Of a stretch of DNA of 64,000 bases, positions 28,898-40,037 are shown piece by piece. Origin of the DNA: Myxococcales bacterium. GTDB lineage: Bacteria > Myxococcota_A > Polyangia > Polyangiales > DASUME01. Within the stretch, counting starts at the first letter, position 1. Every line of letters begins with the position of its first letter. A model generated the notes under the pieces. That model was not told where the DNA came from. It ran no database searches and saw only the letters and a program-made list of their open reading frames with translations. The stretch is from the NCBI GenBank assembly GCA_047601445.1, contig JASGJH010000001.1, positions 3,520,001 through 3,584,000 of the forward strand, given 5' to 3'. Both the position numbers and the translations under genes were made by a program.

Positions 28898-31800
28898 AGG
28901 TGCGCCGAGTCGCGGGCATCCGCGGCTTGCGTCGGTGCGGCACCGAGGTCCTTGGTCTTGGCGTCGATGCGCGCCTGGACGAGCCGCGCGAGCTCCTCGA
29001 CGTCGGGCTCCTGGAGCATGCTCGAATGTCCCCCGCCCGCATCGAACACCTTGAGCGTCTCGACCTTGCCCTCCCAGCCGAGCAGCGGCGATGCGAAGAT
29101 GTCCACGTAGGGCGTGTCGTCGATGGCGGTTCCATCGAAGCTCGGGTTCTTGTGCGTCGCGCGCAGCAAGACGACCTCGCCGCGGTAGGGTTCGGGTGTC
29201 ACGAATTCGCGCTCGGCGAAGCGCAGCACCACCTGCACCGGGATTCCCCTCAGATACTCCGGCATCGTGAGGCCTCGGTCGAGGTGCCAGCGGTACATAC
29301 GCATGCGGGCGTTGTTGCGGGCTCGCAAGGTGCGTGCGCTGAGCTCGTAGCTCAACACGTTGCCGCCCTTGCGGTAGGCCGTGCGCGCCAGCTCCCTGGA
29401 GCGCTCGAACAGGCCCATGGCAGGTTGCGCCGCCTCCTGTTCCAGAGCTGCCGTGAAGCGCTGTAGACGCTGCACGCTCTTGCTCTTGAGCGCCGCGTGC
29501 ACGTGCGCTGCATCAAGCAACACCACCAAAGCCACGGTCTCGCCCAGTTGCTGCAGCTGGCGCGCCATCTCCAGCGCGATGAAGCCACCGATGCACAGGC
29601 CGCCCAAGTAATAGGGGCCCGTGGGCTGGGCCTTACGCACGACCGTGACGTAGTGCTGCACGACCTCGCTGAGTCGAGAATGCAACATGGGATGATCGAT
29701 GGTGGAGCGCGGCTGAATGCCGTAGACCTTGCGCTCGCTCGTCAAGCGACGGCTCAAGTTCAGGTAGGGCAAGGTCTCGCCCTCCCCGTCATGCACCAGA
29801 AAGAGCGGCGGCTCGTCCCCGCCGTCGCGCAGCAGCACGAGCTCCTCGCGCAACTCGTGGGCCGGCCGTTCGAGCGCCTGCGCGAGCTTCTCCACCGTCG
29901 GATCCGTGAGCAGGGTGCTGAGCGGAAGCGCGCGCCCGAAGACTCTTTCGATCTCGACCATCAGGTCCACGCTCAAGAGCGAGTTCCCGCCCACCTCGAA
30001 GAAATTGTCACGGATGCCGATGGGACGGCCGGCGCCGATCACGTGCTCCCAGATCTTCGCCAGCCTCACCTGCTCCGGTGTGTGCGGCGGGACGAAGTCA
30101 CGCAGTGCCTCGAAGTCTTCCGCCGTGGGCATGGGCAGGGCGCGCCGATCGACCTTTTGGTTGAGGTTCACCGGCAGCTTGGGCAGCGTGGCGAACACCA
30201 CTGGCACCATGTAGTCGGGTAGCTTCGTACGGCACACGTCTCGCAACTGCCGCACCCGGGCCGCGGTGCTCTGGCTGCGCTCATCGAGCACCACGTAGGC
30301 CAGGAGGCTCGGCTCGCCGCCTCCAAGGTCTTTGGCCGAGACCACCGCCTCCTTCACGCCAGGCTGGGCACGCAGGGTGCTCTCGATCTCACCGGGCTCG
30401 ATGCGGATGCCGCGAAGCTTGAGTTGAAAATCGCTGCGACCGAGGATTCTCGAGCTGTCCGTGCTCGTCGGAGCGCCCCAGGTCGCCAGTGCGGTAGAAG
30501 CGCTGGCCGTCGACTTCGACGAACTTCTCGCGTGTGAGGTCCTCGCGCCCCAAGTAGCCGAGCGAGACCCCCTCACCGCCGAAGTAGATCTCTCCCACCA
30601 CGCCGAACGGCACCAACTGCTGGCGCGCGTCGTAGAGCCGCACCGACATGTTCTCGAAGGCGCTGCCGACCATGCTCTTGCTCACCACGCTCTCGCGCGG
30701 CACCTCGAACGTGCAGCCCATGCAGCTGATCTCGCTGCACCCGTAGATCACGAATAGCTCCGCCTGTCGAAACACGCGCTTGAGCGACTCCAGCAGATCC
30801 CCCGAGACCAGGTCTCCGCCCGAAGAGACGTGGCGCAGCCCGTCGAACAGCGTGACGTCGAGCCCCTGCTCACGCACGAAGGCCACCAACTTGCGCAGCA
30901 AGCTCGGCGAAGCATGCAGCACGGTGGTCTCACGTAGGGTGGGCACGAGCCGGCGGAAGTCGAGCACGTGTTCGCGCTCGAGCACGATCAAGCGTCCGCC
31001 CACCGCCAGGGTGGAGAACATCTCCAGCATCGTGATGCTGAAGGTGGAGCGCGCCATGGCCGGCATCACATCGCCCTCGTTGAAGCGATACTTGCGCTGA
31101 GCCGACAGCACGTAGTGGGCCAGGTTTTGGTGACTCACCATCACGCCTTTGGGCGTGCCCGTGGTGCCCGAGGTGTAGATCACGTAGGCCACCTGCGAGA
31201 GGTCGACCTCCACGGGCAGCGCGGGTGCGGCGCCCGGCGCGAAGGTCAGCAGGTGCTCGCGGTCGTCCACACACCAGATGCGCGCCACGCTCGGGACCAC
31301 GGACAGCAGGGAACGCTGCGTGAGCAGGACCTGGGCCGCCGTGTCGTCCACCATCAAGCGCAGTCGTTCGATCGGATAGCTCGGATCGAGCGGGACGTAG
31401 GTCGCCCCGGCCATCAGCACCCCGAGCAAACACACCACGGTGTCGAGGCCTGGCTCGAGGCACACCGCCACGCGCGCGCCGATACCGACGCCCTCCCGCG
31501 CGAGCTGTTGGGCCAGCGCCGAGGCGTGATACATGAGCTCGCCGTAGGAAAGGCTGCGGTCGCGGAAGCTCACGGCCTTGGCCTCGGGTCGGCGCTTGGC
31601 CTGCTCCAGCACGCAGTGATGGATGGGCTTGGTGCTGCGCAGCCAGTGGGCGCCGGTCCACGCTGCGAGCTGGTGGGAGAGCTCGAGCTCCGAGAGCAGC
31701 GGCAATTGGCCCACGGTCAACTCGGGATGCTCTGCCATGGCCGCCGACAGACACTGCAGACCGCGCGCCAGGCGCTCCACCGTGGCGAGCTCGAATACTT

Positions 31801-32317
31801 CCTGATCGTATTCGAAGCAGGCCGAGAATCCCTCGGGAGCCGGTTCGACCACCAGGCTCAAATCCGCGGCGACGTAGCGACTCGAGAGCTCGGCGAAGTT
31901 CACCGACAGCCGCGGGTACGCCTGGATCGACGTGCGCTCGCTGCGGGTCAGCGCTTCCTCCAGACACGAGCGCAGATAGGAGACCGACGCCTCCAGCTCG
32001 AGCTCCACCACGATCTCCGTGGCACCGAGATCGGGCGCGAGCGAGATGCCCATGCGGAAGTTGGGCTCTCCGCCGTAGCGCACCAGCAGGGCGATGAAGG
32101 CCGAGAGCGCGTGGGTGCGTGGGTCGGACTCGGCCGCGGGAATGCCGAGCATGAAGGTGTGTCGCGCCAGGGCGTGCTCCTGATTCGGGGCACGCATGCG
32201 ATCGGCGAAAGGCAAGGCACACCACGTAACGTCAGGCTGTCCCGCCACGCCACGCGCCAAGGTCCGGACGCCTTCCGTCGGAGTGCGCGGTAGCGCGCGC
32301 GAGCTGCCCTGCGACAT
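28894..32317 (-). CDS. NRPS-like enzyme (truncated C, A, PCP, TE), +1 frameshift at 30445-30449
   Basis: A3 YTSGTTGTPKG, A7 YRTGD, A8 GRSDFQLKLRGIRIEPGEIE, A10 NQKVDR, PCP FFEVGGNSLL, TE GGLCIGG/LLDA/GHSSML. Removing one A joins GQLE to ILGRSD. Confidence 0.9.
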
Positions 32318-32674
32318 CGAGAAAACGTCCTCCCGCGAAGGCGCGCAGGCGCACGCCCTTTCGCACATTCCAGAGGATGCGCCGCGGGGAGCGGCGTTGT
32401 CGAGCCCAGCGTGCGCGATGCCTCACCGCGTCGTGCGCAACAAGTTCGAAGGCGAGGCCAACGCGCGAACCGCTCGCGAGTTTGGAGGCAACGCGACTTG
32501 CTCTCGCGCATGCAGCACGGCTTGCTGCGTTCGAAAGCGACTTGGAGCGTGCGTGGCTATGAGAACATGGAATGAGTGAATGCACGGCGGTCTGCGGTCC
32601 GGGGGGAACGCGGCCGCGTTGAACGTAAGGTGCAGCGGGTGGCCGTCGCCCGCGAACACTGGTGGGAGGGAGTC

Positions 32675-33838
32675 GTGAGCTCGCAGAAGGAGTCGTTGGG
32701 TATTCAACGAGTAGCCTCGGTGCACATGTTCGTGCGTGACCTCGATCGCATCCGAGACCACTACATCAATCAGCTCGATTTCACGGAGACGGCGGTCAGC
32801 ACACCGGAGTTCGAGGCGCGGCATCGGGCCCGCGCCAGCGTGGTGGAGGCGGGAGGCGCGCGCTTCGTCTTCATGGAGCCGCTCGGATCCAAGGGAGAAA
32901 GCTTCCAGTGGCTCGAGAAGCACCCCGAGGGTGCGGGCCGCATCGTGTTCGAAGTTTCGGACGTGGAGCGCGCCTACGCCTTGCTTGCCAAGCGGGGCGC
33001 CACGCACGTCACCGGCATGGAGCACGAGTACGTCGACGGTGGTGCCGTGGCCTGGTTCGACATCGCCACCGCGCTCGGCGACACCTTGTTCCGCTTCGTG
33101 CAGTACCAGGGCGACACGCCCATGATGCCGCTTTTGCGGCGCCACGAGGTGCCACGCGGCGGCAAGAACCGCTTCGAGGTGAGCGGCGTCGATCACCTCA
33201 CGGCGAACTACCTCACGCTCAAGCCCGTGATCATGTGGCTCGAGCAAGTGATGGGATTCGAGCCCTATTGGGACGTCGAATTCCATACGCGTGACGTCAA
33301 GGCGCAGGAGCATCACGCTGGCTCGGGGCTGCGCTCGATCGTGATGTGGGACCCTCACTCCGGCGTCAAGATGGCGAACAACGAGCCCGCGGCGCCCGCC
33401 TTCAAGGCCTCACAGATCTACGTGTTCTGCGAAGATCATCGCGGCCCAGGCATCCAGCACATCGCGCTCTCGGTGCCCGACATCATCTCCACCGTGCGCG
33501 GCATGCGCGAGCGCGGCGTGGCTTTCCAGGGCACGCCCGGTGTGTACTACGATCTGCTGCCGCAGCGCCTGCATGATCTGGGCGTGCAAAAGATCGAGGA
33601 GGACGTGGAACTCCTGCGCGAGCTGCAGATCCTCGTGGACGGCAGCTCACCTGGTCACTACCTGCTCCAGATCTTCATGCGCGAGGCCGCGTTCATGTTC
33701 CGCGATCCCAAGGCTGGACCGCTCTTCATCGAGCTGGTCCAGCGCAAGGGCGACAAGGGCTTCGGCGCCGGGAACTTCAGGGCGCTGTTCGAGAGCATCG
33801 AGCGTCAGCACGAGCTCGAAGGTCGCACGGGCACCTGA
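32675..33838 (+). CDS. hppD: 4-hydroxyphenylpyruvate dioxygenase family protein
   Basis: Fe ligands in VDHLT, GIQHIAL and FIELVQR, plus SGLRS, ANNEP, LLQIF and GFGAGNFRALFESIE. GTG start after GGAGGGAG. Confidence 0.9.
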   Translation: MSSQKESLGIQRVASVHMFVRDLDRIRDHYINQLDFTETAVSTPEFEARHRARASVVEAGGARFVFMEPLGSKGESFQWLEKHPEGAGRIVFEVSDVERAYALLAKRGATHVTGMEHEYVDGGAVAWFDIATALGDTLFRFVQYQGDTPMMPLLRRHEVPRGGKNRFEVSGVDHLTANYLTLKPVIMWLEQVMGFEPYWDVEFHTRDVKAQEHHAGSGLRSIVMWDPHSGVKMANNEPAAPAFKASQIYVFCEDHRGPGIQHIALSVPDIISTVRGMRERGVAFQGTPGVYYDLLPQRLHDLGVQKIEEDVELLRELQILVDGSSPGHYLLQIFMREAAFMFRDPKAGPLFIELVQRKGDKGFGAGNFRALFESIERQHELEGRTGT

Positions 33839-33850
33839 GCTGCGTCGCCG

Positions 33851-34906
33851 CTAGCACGCGACAGGAGCGCGTGCGGTGCGGTGATCCAGCCGATACTGGA
33901 TGGGAGTCTGGCTGGTCCAGCGCTTGAAGGCGCGGTGGAAGGCGCTGGGCTCGGAGAAGCCCAGGCGCTCTGCGATGTTCTTCAAGGGCGTGTCGGTCTC
34001 GGAGAGCAAGAAGAAGGCGTGATCCTTGCGGGCGTCCTCGAGCAGGTTCCACAGGGTCTGCCCCTCCTGTGAGAGCCTGCGGCGCAGGCTGCGCGCGGAG
34101 AGCCCGAGGCGCTTGGCCAACATCTGACGCCCCTTCTCGCCCAACGTGAGCTCCTCTTCCCTGAGGATCGCGCGCACGCGTAGGTGGAGGGGCTCGGAGC
34201 GCACTTCGCTGAGCAGCATGCTCTCGGCTTGCTCCTTGAGCAGCCGATGCAAGCGAACGTTGGTGAACAGCTGCTCGCGGTCGAGGAAGGAGCGGTCGAA
34301 CACCAGCTCGGCAGTGTCGGTACTGAACTCCAGGGGGCACGCGAACAGCTCGTCGTAGGCCTCCACGTGGGCGGGACGCGTGTAGGGCAGGCGCACGCGC
34401 AGGGGGCCGATCTTGCGACCCAGGAAGACGCGGGCAGCGTTCAGCATCAGCGCGAAGCAGAGCTCCACCGCGAACCGAACTTGCTCACTGGCGTACTCGG
34501 GCGTGACGCGTGCATCCGCTTCGAAGTTCGGCGGGTGGTACACGAGGCGCGCCTGCAGGCCGTCTTCCTGCAGGGTGAAATGTCCCCCGGTGGCGATCAA
34601 CGGCATGTAGCGCTGCACTTCCGTCAGCGCTTCGCGCAGCGTCGCGCATTGCACGAACAAGCTGCCCACGGCGCTCACCATCTGAGGAGGCACGTGGGTC
34701 CCCAGGCTGAGCCCGAGCGCGGGGTCGTTCGTGAGCCGATAGGCCGCGGCGGTCGCGAGACGCATGGTCTCACCGCTGACGTAGCCGGGGGTTTGCTCGA
34801 GGTGATCGGCCGAGAGGCCGGCCTCGCTGAGCAGTCGTTCCCTGCTGACGCCTTGGTCGCGCAGGTGAGCACAGAGTCCGCGGAATAAGAAAAGAGAGAC
34901 CTGCAT
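33851..34906 (-). CDS. AraC family transcriptional regulator (OruR/VqsM-like N-domain)
   Basis: NDPALGLSLG in the N-domain and C-terminal LSARSLRRRL...IAERLGFSEPSAFHRAFKRWT. Confidence 0.93.
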   Translation of the reverse strand: MQVSLFLFRGLCAHLRDQGVSRERLLSEAGLSADHLEQTPGYVSGETMRLATAAAYRLTNDPALGLSLGTHVPPQMVSAVGSLFVQCATLREALTEVQRYMPLIATGGHFTLQEDGLQARLVYHPPNFEADARVTPEYASEQVRFAVELCFALMLNAARVFLGRKIGPLRVRLPYTRPAHVEAYDELFACPLEFSTDTAELVFDRSFLDREQLFTNVRLHRLLKEQAESMLLSEVRSEPLHLRVRAILREEELTLGEKGRQMLAKRLGLSARSLRRRLSQEGQTLWNLLEDARKDHAFFLLSETDTPLKNIAERLGFSEPSAFHRAFKRWTSQTPIQYRLDHRTARAPVAC

Positions 34907-35082
34907 AAGTGGTTACCTCGAACTGACACTAGGCCCGCGTCGGCATTGACCGCGATGACCTACGCGGTTCTGCGTATTGACACATACAGCCACGCAAATG
35001 ACCCCAATTGTCAGCCTTGGCCTTTGGTTGGACCAAGGACTCGGTTCTCAGCGGAAGCTCGGGTTTTCTCCGCTGCGGGTCG

Positions 35083-35874
35083 TCAGCAGAACGTCGCGCC
35101 GCGCCGACCATCGTCGAACACGCGGTACGCATACTGGTAGACGTCCTCGAAGCCCGACGTCTGATACAGACCACGGGCGGCCACGTTGCCGAGCTCCACA
35201 AGCAAGTACAGCTCGCGCATGGCGTCGGCGCGCGCGCTCTGCGCCAGCGCACGCAAGAGTCCCTTGCCGGCGCCCTTCCGGCGCCGATGGGGCAGCGTGA
35301 ACATGGCGTAGATGCCGAGCCTGTCCTCGGACGCAATGGCGAGCGCAGCGGCGCACGCTTCGCCCTCGGCATCGCGGGCCAGCGCGAAGCGAGCGCGGGA
35401 GCCCAGTCGCGCGAGGATACCCTTGAAGACGTCGGCGCTACTCGCGAAGCGACTCTGGTGGACCGCGATCTGGAGCCACGCGGACTTGGCGTTGCTCGAC
35501 ACGCTGCACTCGAGGTCCTGGCCGCGACCGAGGCGCTCCAGCAGCTCAGCGGGCGTGGTGCGCGCGAAGGCTGCCGCGCCTTCCTGGAGGTAGCCGCGCT
35601 CCTCGAGGGCAGCGTCGAGTCCGGCCGGGCTCGCGCACGGTCCGACCTGGAACATCGGCAGCTGCCCGTGCTCGCGGTACCACGCCTCGACGCGCGCGAT
35701 GCGCGTGGGCAACGGCATGTCGTCCAGTGCATCCAGCGTGGCCACCGAGTTTGCCCGGTGGCTCGGTCCGCCGCTCTTGCGCAAGAGCCAGCCCGCGAGC
35801 TCTTCCGTCTCGGCCGCCGGCCATGCGTCGACCACGGTTTCTTCGAGCTCGTGCAGCAGCGTGTTCATGGCCAC
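35083..35874 (-). CDS. GNAT family N-acetyltransferase
   Basis: AWPA..GWLLR..HRANS N-domain, HRRRKGAG and NVAARGLYQTSGF. Confidence 0.9.
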   Translation of the reverse strand: MAMNTLLHELEETVVDAWPAAETEELAGWLLRKSGGPSHRANSVATLDALDDMPLPTRIARVEAWYREHGQLPMFQVGPCASPAGLDAALEERGYLQEGAAAFARTTPAELLERLGRGQDLECSVSSNAKSAWLQIAVHQSRFASSADVFKGILARLGSRARFALARDAEGEACAAALAIASEDRLGIYAMFTLPHRRRKGAGKGLLRALAQSARADAMRELYLLVELGNVAARGLYQTSGFEDVYQYAYRVFDDGRRGATFC

Positions 35875-35887
35875 GGGAAGCGGCGGC

Positions 35888-36134
35888 TCAGTTTTGCTTG
35901 CCGGCCTCGGCCATCAGCTGGGCCTCCACCGCCTCGGTGGCTTCGGCCATGCTCACGCCGTACTGCTCACGGTAGCGCTTGATGAGCTCGATTCTTGTTG
36001 AGCGCCGGGGTGTTGGCTGGGGGTCGCAGACTGGCGGGACCACCGCGGCGCCGACGGTTGACCCACAGGTACCCCATGAAGCCGGAAATCACGATTCCGA
36101 TCGCCAACGCCAGCAATGTTCCTTGGTCCGCCAC
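35888..36134 (-). CDS. small TM protein with L7/L12-CTD-like tail, +1 frameshift at 35990-35994
   Basis: TM LLALAIGIVISGFMGYLWV. Removing one A gives NKIELIKRYREQYGVSMAEATEAVE...QN*. Confidence 0.65.
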
Positions 36135-36236
36135 GCAGCGATTATCCCCAACCACGGGGATTTGTCATTAGGGAGCTTTTGCAGTTCCGCGCCTGCGTAC
36201 GGAAAACCACAGGTAGGAGCCGGCCCTGGGACGCGC

Positions 36237-37010
36237 TTAGCCCTGGGCCGCGAGGGGCAGCTCGCGGGACTCGTAGACGTGCTGCGAGGGCAGCTCGAGT
36301 ACGCTGAGGAACCCGCCCGTGCCGCAGCCCGTGTCGAGCCCGAATACGGCCTCCCCGGCGAACAGATCGGTGGGGTCGTCGGGCGTGTACTGGGAGAGCT
36401 CCTGGGGCAGCATGGCCGTGGCGCTGTGGCCGAAGACCACGGGCTTACCCCGATAGTTTTTGAAGAAACTCTGGGTTCTCAGCCACAGCAGGACCACCGG
36501 GTCGGGCACCTCGCGCGGGTGCAGGAAGCGGCCATCCTTCTCGGGCAATCCGGCGTGCACGTAGATCGCGTGCTCGTCCTCGTAGTAGTAGGGCAACCCA
36601 CGCATCCAGGCCACGACGTCGGGGGGGAAGAACGAGCCCGCGAACAGGGCCTCCATTTCGTCCGCCTTGGCGAAGTCGCCCTCCTGCACGAGCGGGCCGC
36701 CCGTGAAGGAGCGCATGGTGGCGAGGCAGCCATTGCTGGGAGGAAACACGAACTCGTCGAAGCCCTTGTCGATCACCTTGAGCCAGGCGTCCTCGTGGTT
36801 GCCGCGCAGGCACACCACCTTGGCCGGCCCGTCGACGGCGAGCCGTCGGATGTGCTCCACGACCTGAGCCGCGTGGGGCCCACGATCGAGGTAGTCCCCC
36901 AGGAAGACCAATGTGTCGGATTCATCGAGCTCGGGCAGCTTGTTCAGCACCCGCAACAGATGCTCGATTTCTCCGTGGATATCCCCGACCGAAAAAGTGC
37001 GACCCGCCAT
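36237..37010 (-). CDS. Ser/Thr protein phosphatase (PPP/PrpA-like metallophosphoesterase)
   Basis: GDIHG, GDYLDRG, RGNHE, VHAG, FGHS and DTGC. Confidence 0.92.
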   Translation of the reverse strand: MAGRTFSVGDIHGEIEHLLRVLNKLPELDESDTLVFLGDYLDRGPHAAQVVEHIRRLAVDGPAKVVCLRGNHEDAWLKVIDKGFDEFVFPPSNGCLATMRSFTGGPLVQEGDFAKADEMEALFAGSFFPPDVVAWMRGLPYYYEDEHAIYVHAGLPEKDGRFLHPREVPDPVVLLWLRTQSFFKNYRGKPVVFGHSATAMLPQELSQYTPDDPTDLFAGEAVFGLDTGCGTGGFLSVLELPSQHVYESRELPLAAQG

Positions 37011-37188
37011 GGCGCCCCAGTCTACAACAGCCCGGGCCAGGACCAACCAAGTTGCCGACGGGGGACGGCAAAAGCCGCGTTTTGGGGCCGTCCGCCGCGG
37101 TCTCCACCACGCGCGGGCTCGCTTTCGTGCGGCACCGAGACACGCGGGCTGCGTTGAGCGTCCGTGCGAGCGCGCGGTACAGTGACCT

Positions 37189-38892
37189 GTGAACCACTCT
37201 ACACGCTACGCACGTTGTTGCTTGTTGGGGTTGTTGTTCTTGAGCGCATGCTCGCGCACCAGCGCCGAGCCACGCCGCACCGAGTCGGCCTCGAAGAGCC
37301 CCAAAACCCTCGCCAAGACCGCGCGAGATCGCGATCCCAGCCAGGCCAAGCGGCGCACGGGACGCTCTCCCGTCGGCACCAACCTGGATGCCCTGGTGGA
37401 CTACAGTCAGGACTGGATCTCGGTGGACGCCTTCAAGCGTTCGCGCGATTGGATCTCCAGCACCGAAGACAAGTTCGACGACGGCCGCAAGGTCGCCCTC
37501 GACGAGCGCGGCTGGGTCAAGGCGCTTTTGCCGGGTCAAATCGCCACCACGCTGATGTTCTGGGATGGGGTCAAATATCCGAGCGGCGACTATGTGGTGC
37601 TCTACGAGGGCAAGGGGGCGGTGGACTATTGGCCCCAAGACAAGGTCATCAGCTCCGGGCCCGGGCGCGACGTGCTGCGGGTCGACAGCTCCCAGGTCGG
37701 CATCGGTGTGCGGATCAAGAAGACCGACCCTGGCGATCCCATCCGCAACATCCGCGTGTTGATGCCGGGCGGGGTGTGCGAATCGGACCCGCGGCGCTAC
37801 TGCGACAAGAAGCTGCCGTGCGAGAGCGCGGGGCGCTGCGTGCCCTTCGAGGAGAACTACGCCACGCAGATCTTCCATCCGCGCTTCCTCGAGCGCACCT
37901 CCCACTACGCGACCCTGCGCTTCATGGACTGGATGCAGACCAACGGTTCCACCATGCAGCGCTGGGACACGCGCCCCAGGCCCGACGATGCGCGCTGGAA
38001 CAAGGGGGCGCCGGTGGAGATCATGGTGGAGCTCGCCAACCGCCAGGATCAGGATCCCTGGTTCACGCTGCCACACGGCGCCGACGACGAGTACGTGACC
38101 AAGTTCGCCGAGTACGTGCGCGATCACCTGAGCGCATCGCACAGGGTCTACGTGGAGCACTCGAACGAGGTCTGGAACGGCATGTTCGCCCAGGCCGAAT
38201 ACGCGATGAAGCGCGGTCAGGAAGCGGGCCTTGGCCCTTCCCCGTTCGAGGCCCAGCTGCTCTACCATGCGCGACGCACCGCGCAGATCGCCAAGATCTG
38301 GGAGCGCGTGTACGGGGACAAGCGGCACAAGGTGGTGCGCGTGCTCGGCGCGCAGGCGGCGAACGCCTGGGGTTCGGAGATCATGCTGGCCTTCGAGGAC
38401 GTCAAGGCCCACGTGGACGCGCTGGCCATCGCGCCTTACTTCGGCGGCTATCTGGGCTCGCCCGAGAACCTGCAGCGCGTGCAGAGCATGAACCTCGATG
38501 AGTTCTTCGTGGAGCTCAAGGAGAAGGCCCTACCCGAGGCGCGTGACTGGATCCGCGATCAAGCCAAGGTGGCCAAGCAGAACAACCTGCATCTGGTGGC
38601 CTACGAAGGCGGTCAGCACTTGACGGCTGGCGGCCCCGGGCTCGACAGCAAGGCCTTGAACGACCTGTTCGATCGCGCCAACCGTGACCCGCGCATCGGC
38701 CAGCTCTACTTCGACTACCTGGTCTCCTGGCGCAAGCTCGGGGGCAAGATGTTCGTGCACTTCACGGATTGCACGGGCATGAGCAAGTGGGGGCGCTGGG
38801 GCGCCCTCGAGTGGCTCGAGCAACCGCGTGCGCAGGCGCCCAAGTACGACGCCATCGCGCGCTTCGCGGAGCAGAACACGCGGTGGTGGTGA
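37189..38892 (+). CDS. lipoprotein, putative clan GH-A-like glycoside hydrolase ('cellulose-binding protein' family)
   Basis: Lipobox LSAC, LRFMDW, VEHSNEVWN, AIAPYFGG, AYEGGQH and WGRWG. Confidence 0.75.
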   Translation: MNHSTRYARCCLLGLLFLSACSRTSAEPRRTESASKSPKTLAKTARDRDPSQAKRRTGRSPVGTNLDALVDYSQDWISVDAFKRSRDWISSTEDKFDDGRKVALDERGWVKALLPGQIATTLMFWDGVKYPSGDYVVLYEGKGAVDYWPQDKVISSGPGRDVLRVDSSQVGIGVRIKKTDPGDPIRNIRVLMPGGVCESDPRRYCDKKLPCESAGRCVPFEENYATQIFHPRFLERTSHYATLRFMDWMQTNGSTMQRWDTRPRPDDARWNKGAPVEIMVELANRQDQDPWFTLPHGADDEYVTKFAEYVRDHLSASHRVYVEHSNEVWNGMFAQAEYAMKRGQEAGLGPSPFEAQLLYHARRTAQIAKIWERVYGDKRHKVVRVLGAQAANAWGSEIMLAFEDVKAHVDALAIAPYFGGYLGSPENLQRVQSMNLDEFFVELKEKALPEARDWIRDQAKVAKQNNLHLVAYEGGQHLTAGGPGLDSKALNDLFDRANRDPRIGQLYFDYLVSWRKLGGKMFVHFTDCTGMSKWGRWGALEWLEQPRAQAPKYDAIARFAEQNTRWW

Positions 38893-38905
38893 GCGGCGTA
38901 AGGAG

Positions 38906-39881
38906 TTAGGGCTCGCAGCAGCCGCTGCCTTCGCGCTGCCCGACGCACCACTCACTCATGCGCTTCCAGACTTCCTTGGCCATGGCCTGGGAGCCCTCGG
39001 AGATCGGGTGGATGTCGGTGTTGAACCAGTCGGGATCGTGGCCCTCGAACACGGGCACCATGTCGATGAAGTGACAGCGCAGCGCGCCGCCGGTGGCGTC
39101 CTCGCGGCCGTCGCAGAAGTCCTTCACCTGCGGCAGCGCGAACTCCAGCATCTCGTTGGGATGGGGTCCGCCGATGGGGCGCCCCTCCGGGATGTGGGGA
39201 TAGAAGAAGTACACCACGTCGCGGATGCCCGCGGCGATCATACGAATCCATCAGCTTCTCGGCCGCCGCCAGCGCGTCAGTGACCACTTTCTGACACTGC
39301 GGCAGCTTGGAGGAGCCCGTGTCCTTGCACTGCTCGATGCTCGGATCGGCGAGCCAGCCCACCAGCACGTCGTTGCCTCCGCCGTCCATCAACACCGTGT
39401 GCGCGTCGGGATCGGCCTTGATGGCATCGTCGAACTGGCTGGGAATGTACTGCCCGAGCGGCGCGCCCACGCCGCCGGTCGCCATCGACATGCCGCCGAT
39501 GGCCTGCATACGCCACATCTGGCCGGACTCACGCGCGATGTCCTGGGGGAACGTGTGGCTCGGCCAGTTGATGTACGAGTCCCCGATCACGATGACCTGA
39601 CTGTCTTTCTGGACGCACTTGGGCTTGGGCTCCTTGGCGTCGGAATCGCCGTCGCCATCCCCGTCGCCCGCGGGCTTGTGGTCTCCATCGCCATCGCCCC
39701 CGAGCTCGCCGTCGCCGTCTCCATCCCCGTCACCGCCCTCATCGTCCGGCTCGGAGTCGTCGCCGCCATCGCGGCCTCCCACGGCCTGGGCCGAGGGCCC
39801 CGACGACCCATCCGACTCCGCACAACCCGAAAGCACGCTCGCGCAGAGCGCAAGCCTTCCCACGAATCTCCACGTCCCCAT
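38906..39881 (-). CDS. SGNH/GDSL hydrolase lipoprotein, +1 frameshift at 39244-39248
   Basis: Lipobox LSGC, GD-repeat linker, IGDSY, DGGGNDV and DIHP. Removing one T joins KLMD to RMIAAG. Confidence 0.85.
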
Positions 39882-40004
39882 AAGCACCGCCAAACCAAGC
39901 AAAGAGCGCGCGGCACGGCTGACCGTCCGAGCGAGACGAGCACGATGCGCGCCTGGACAACATCCGTACAACAACGTCGATACAAGTTATACAGAATTGT
40001 TTTA

Positions 40005-40037
40005 TCAGCTCAGGCCGCCGGCTATTCAGCTCAGGCC
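40005..40037. promoter_or_regulatory. 12-bp direct repeat at 21-bp spacing, putative TF site
   Basis: TCAGCTCAGGCC at 40005-40016 and 40026-40037, next to an AT-rich tract in the divergent gap. Confidence 0.45.

Noticed and set aside
32675..33838. Firm call as hydroxymandelate synthase (HmaS)
   Set aside because: The sequence resembles the myxobacterial HppD type, and no hmo or hpgT genes are nearby. It cannot be distinguished by eye.
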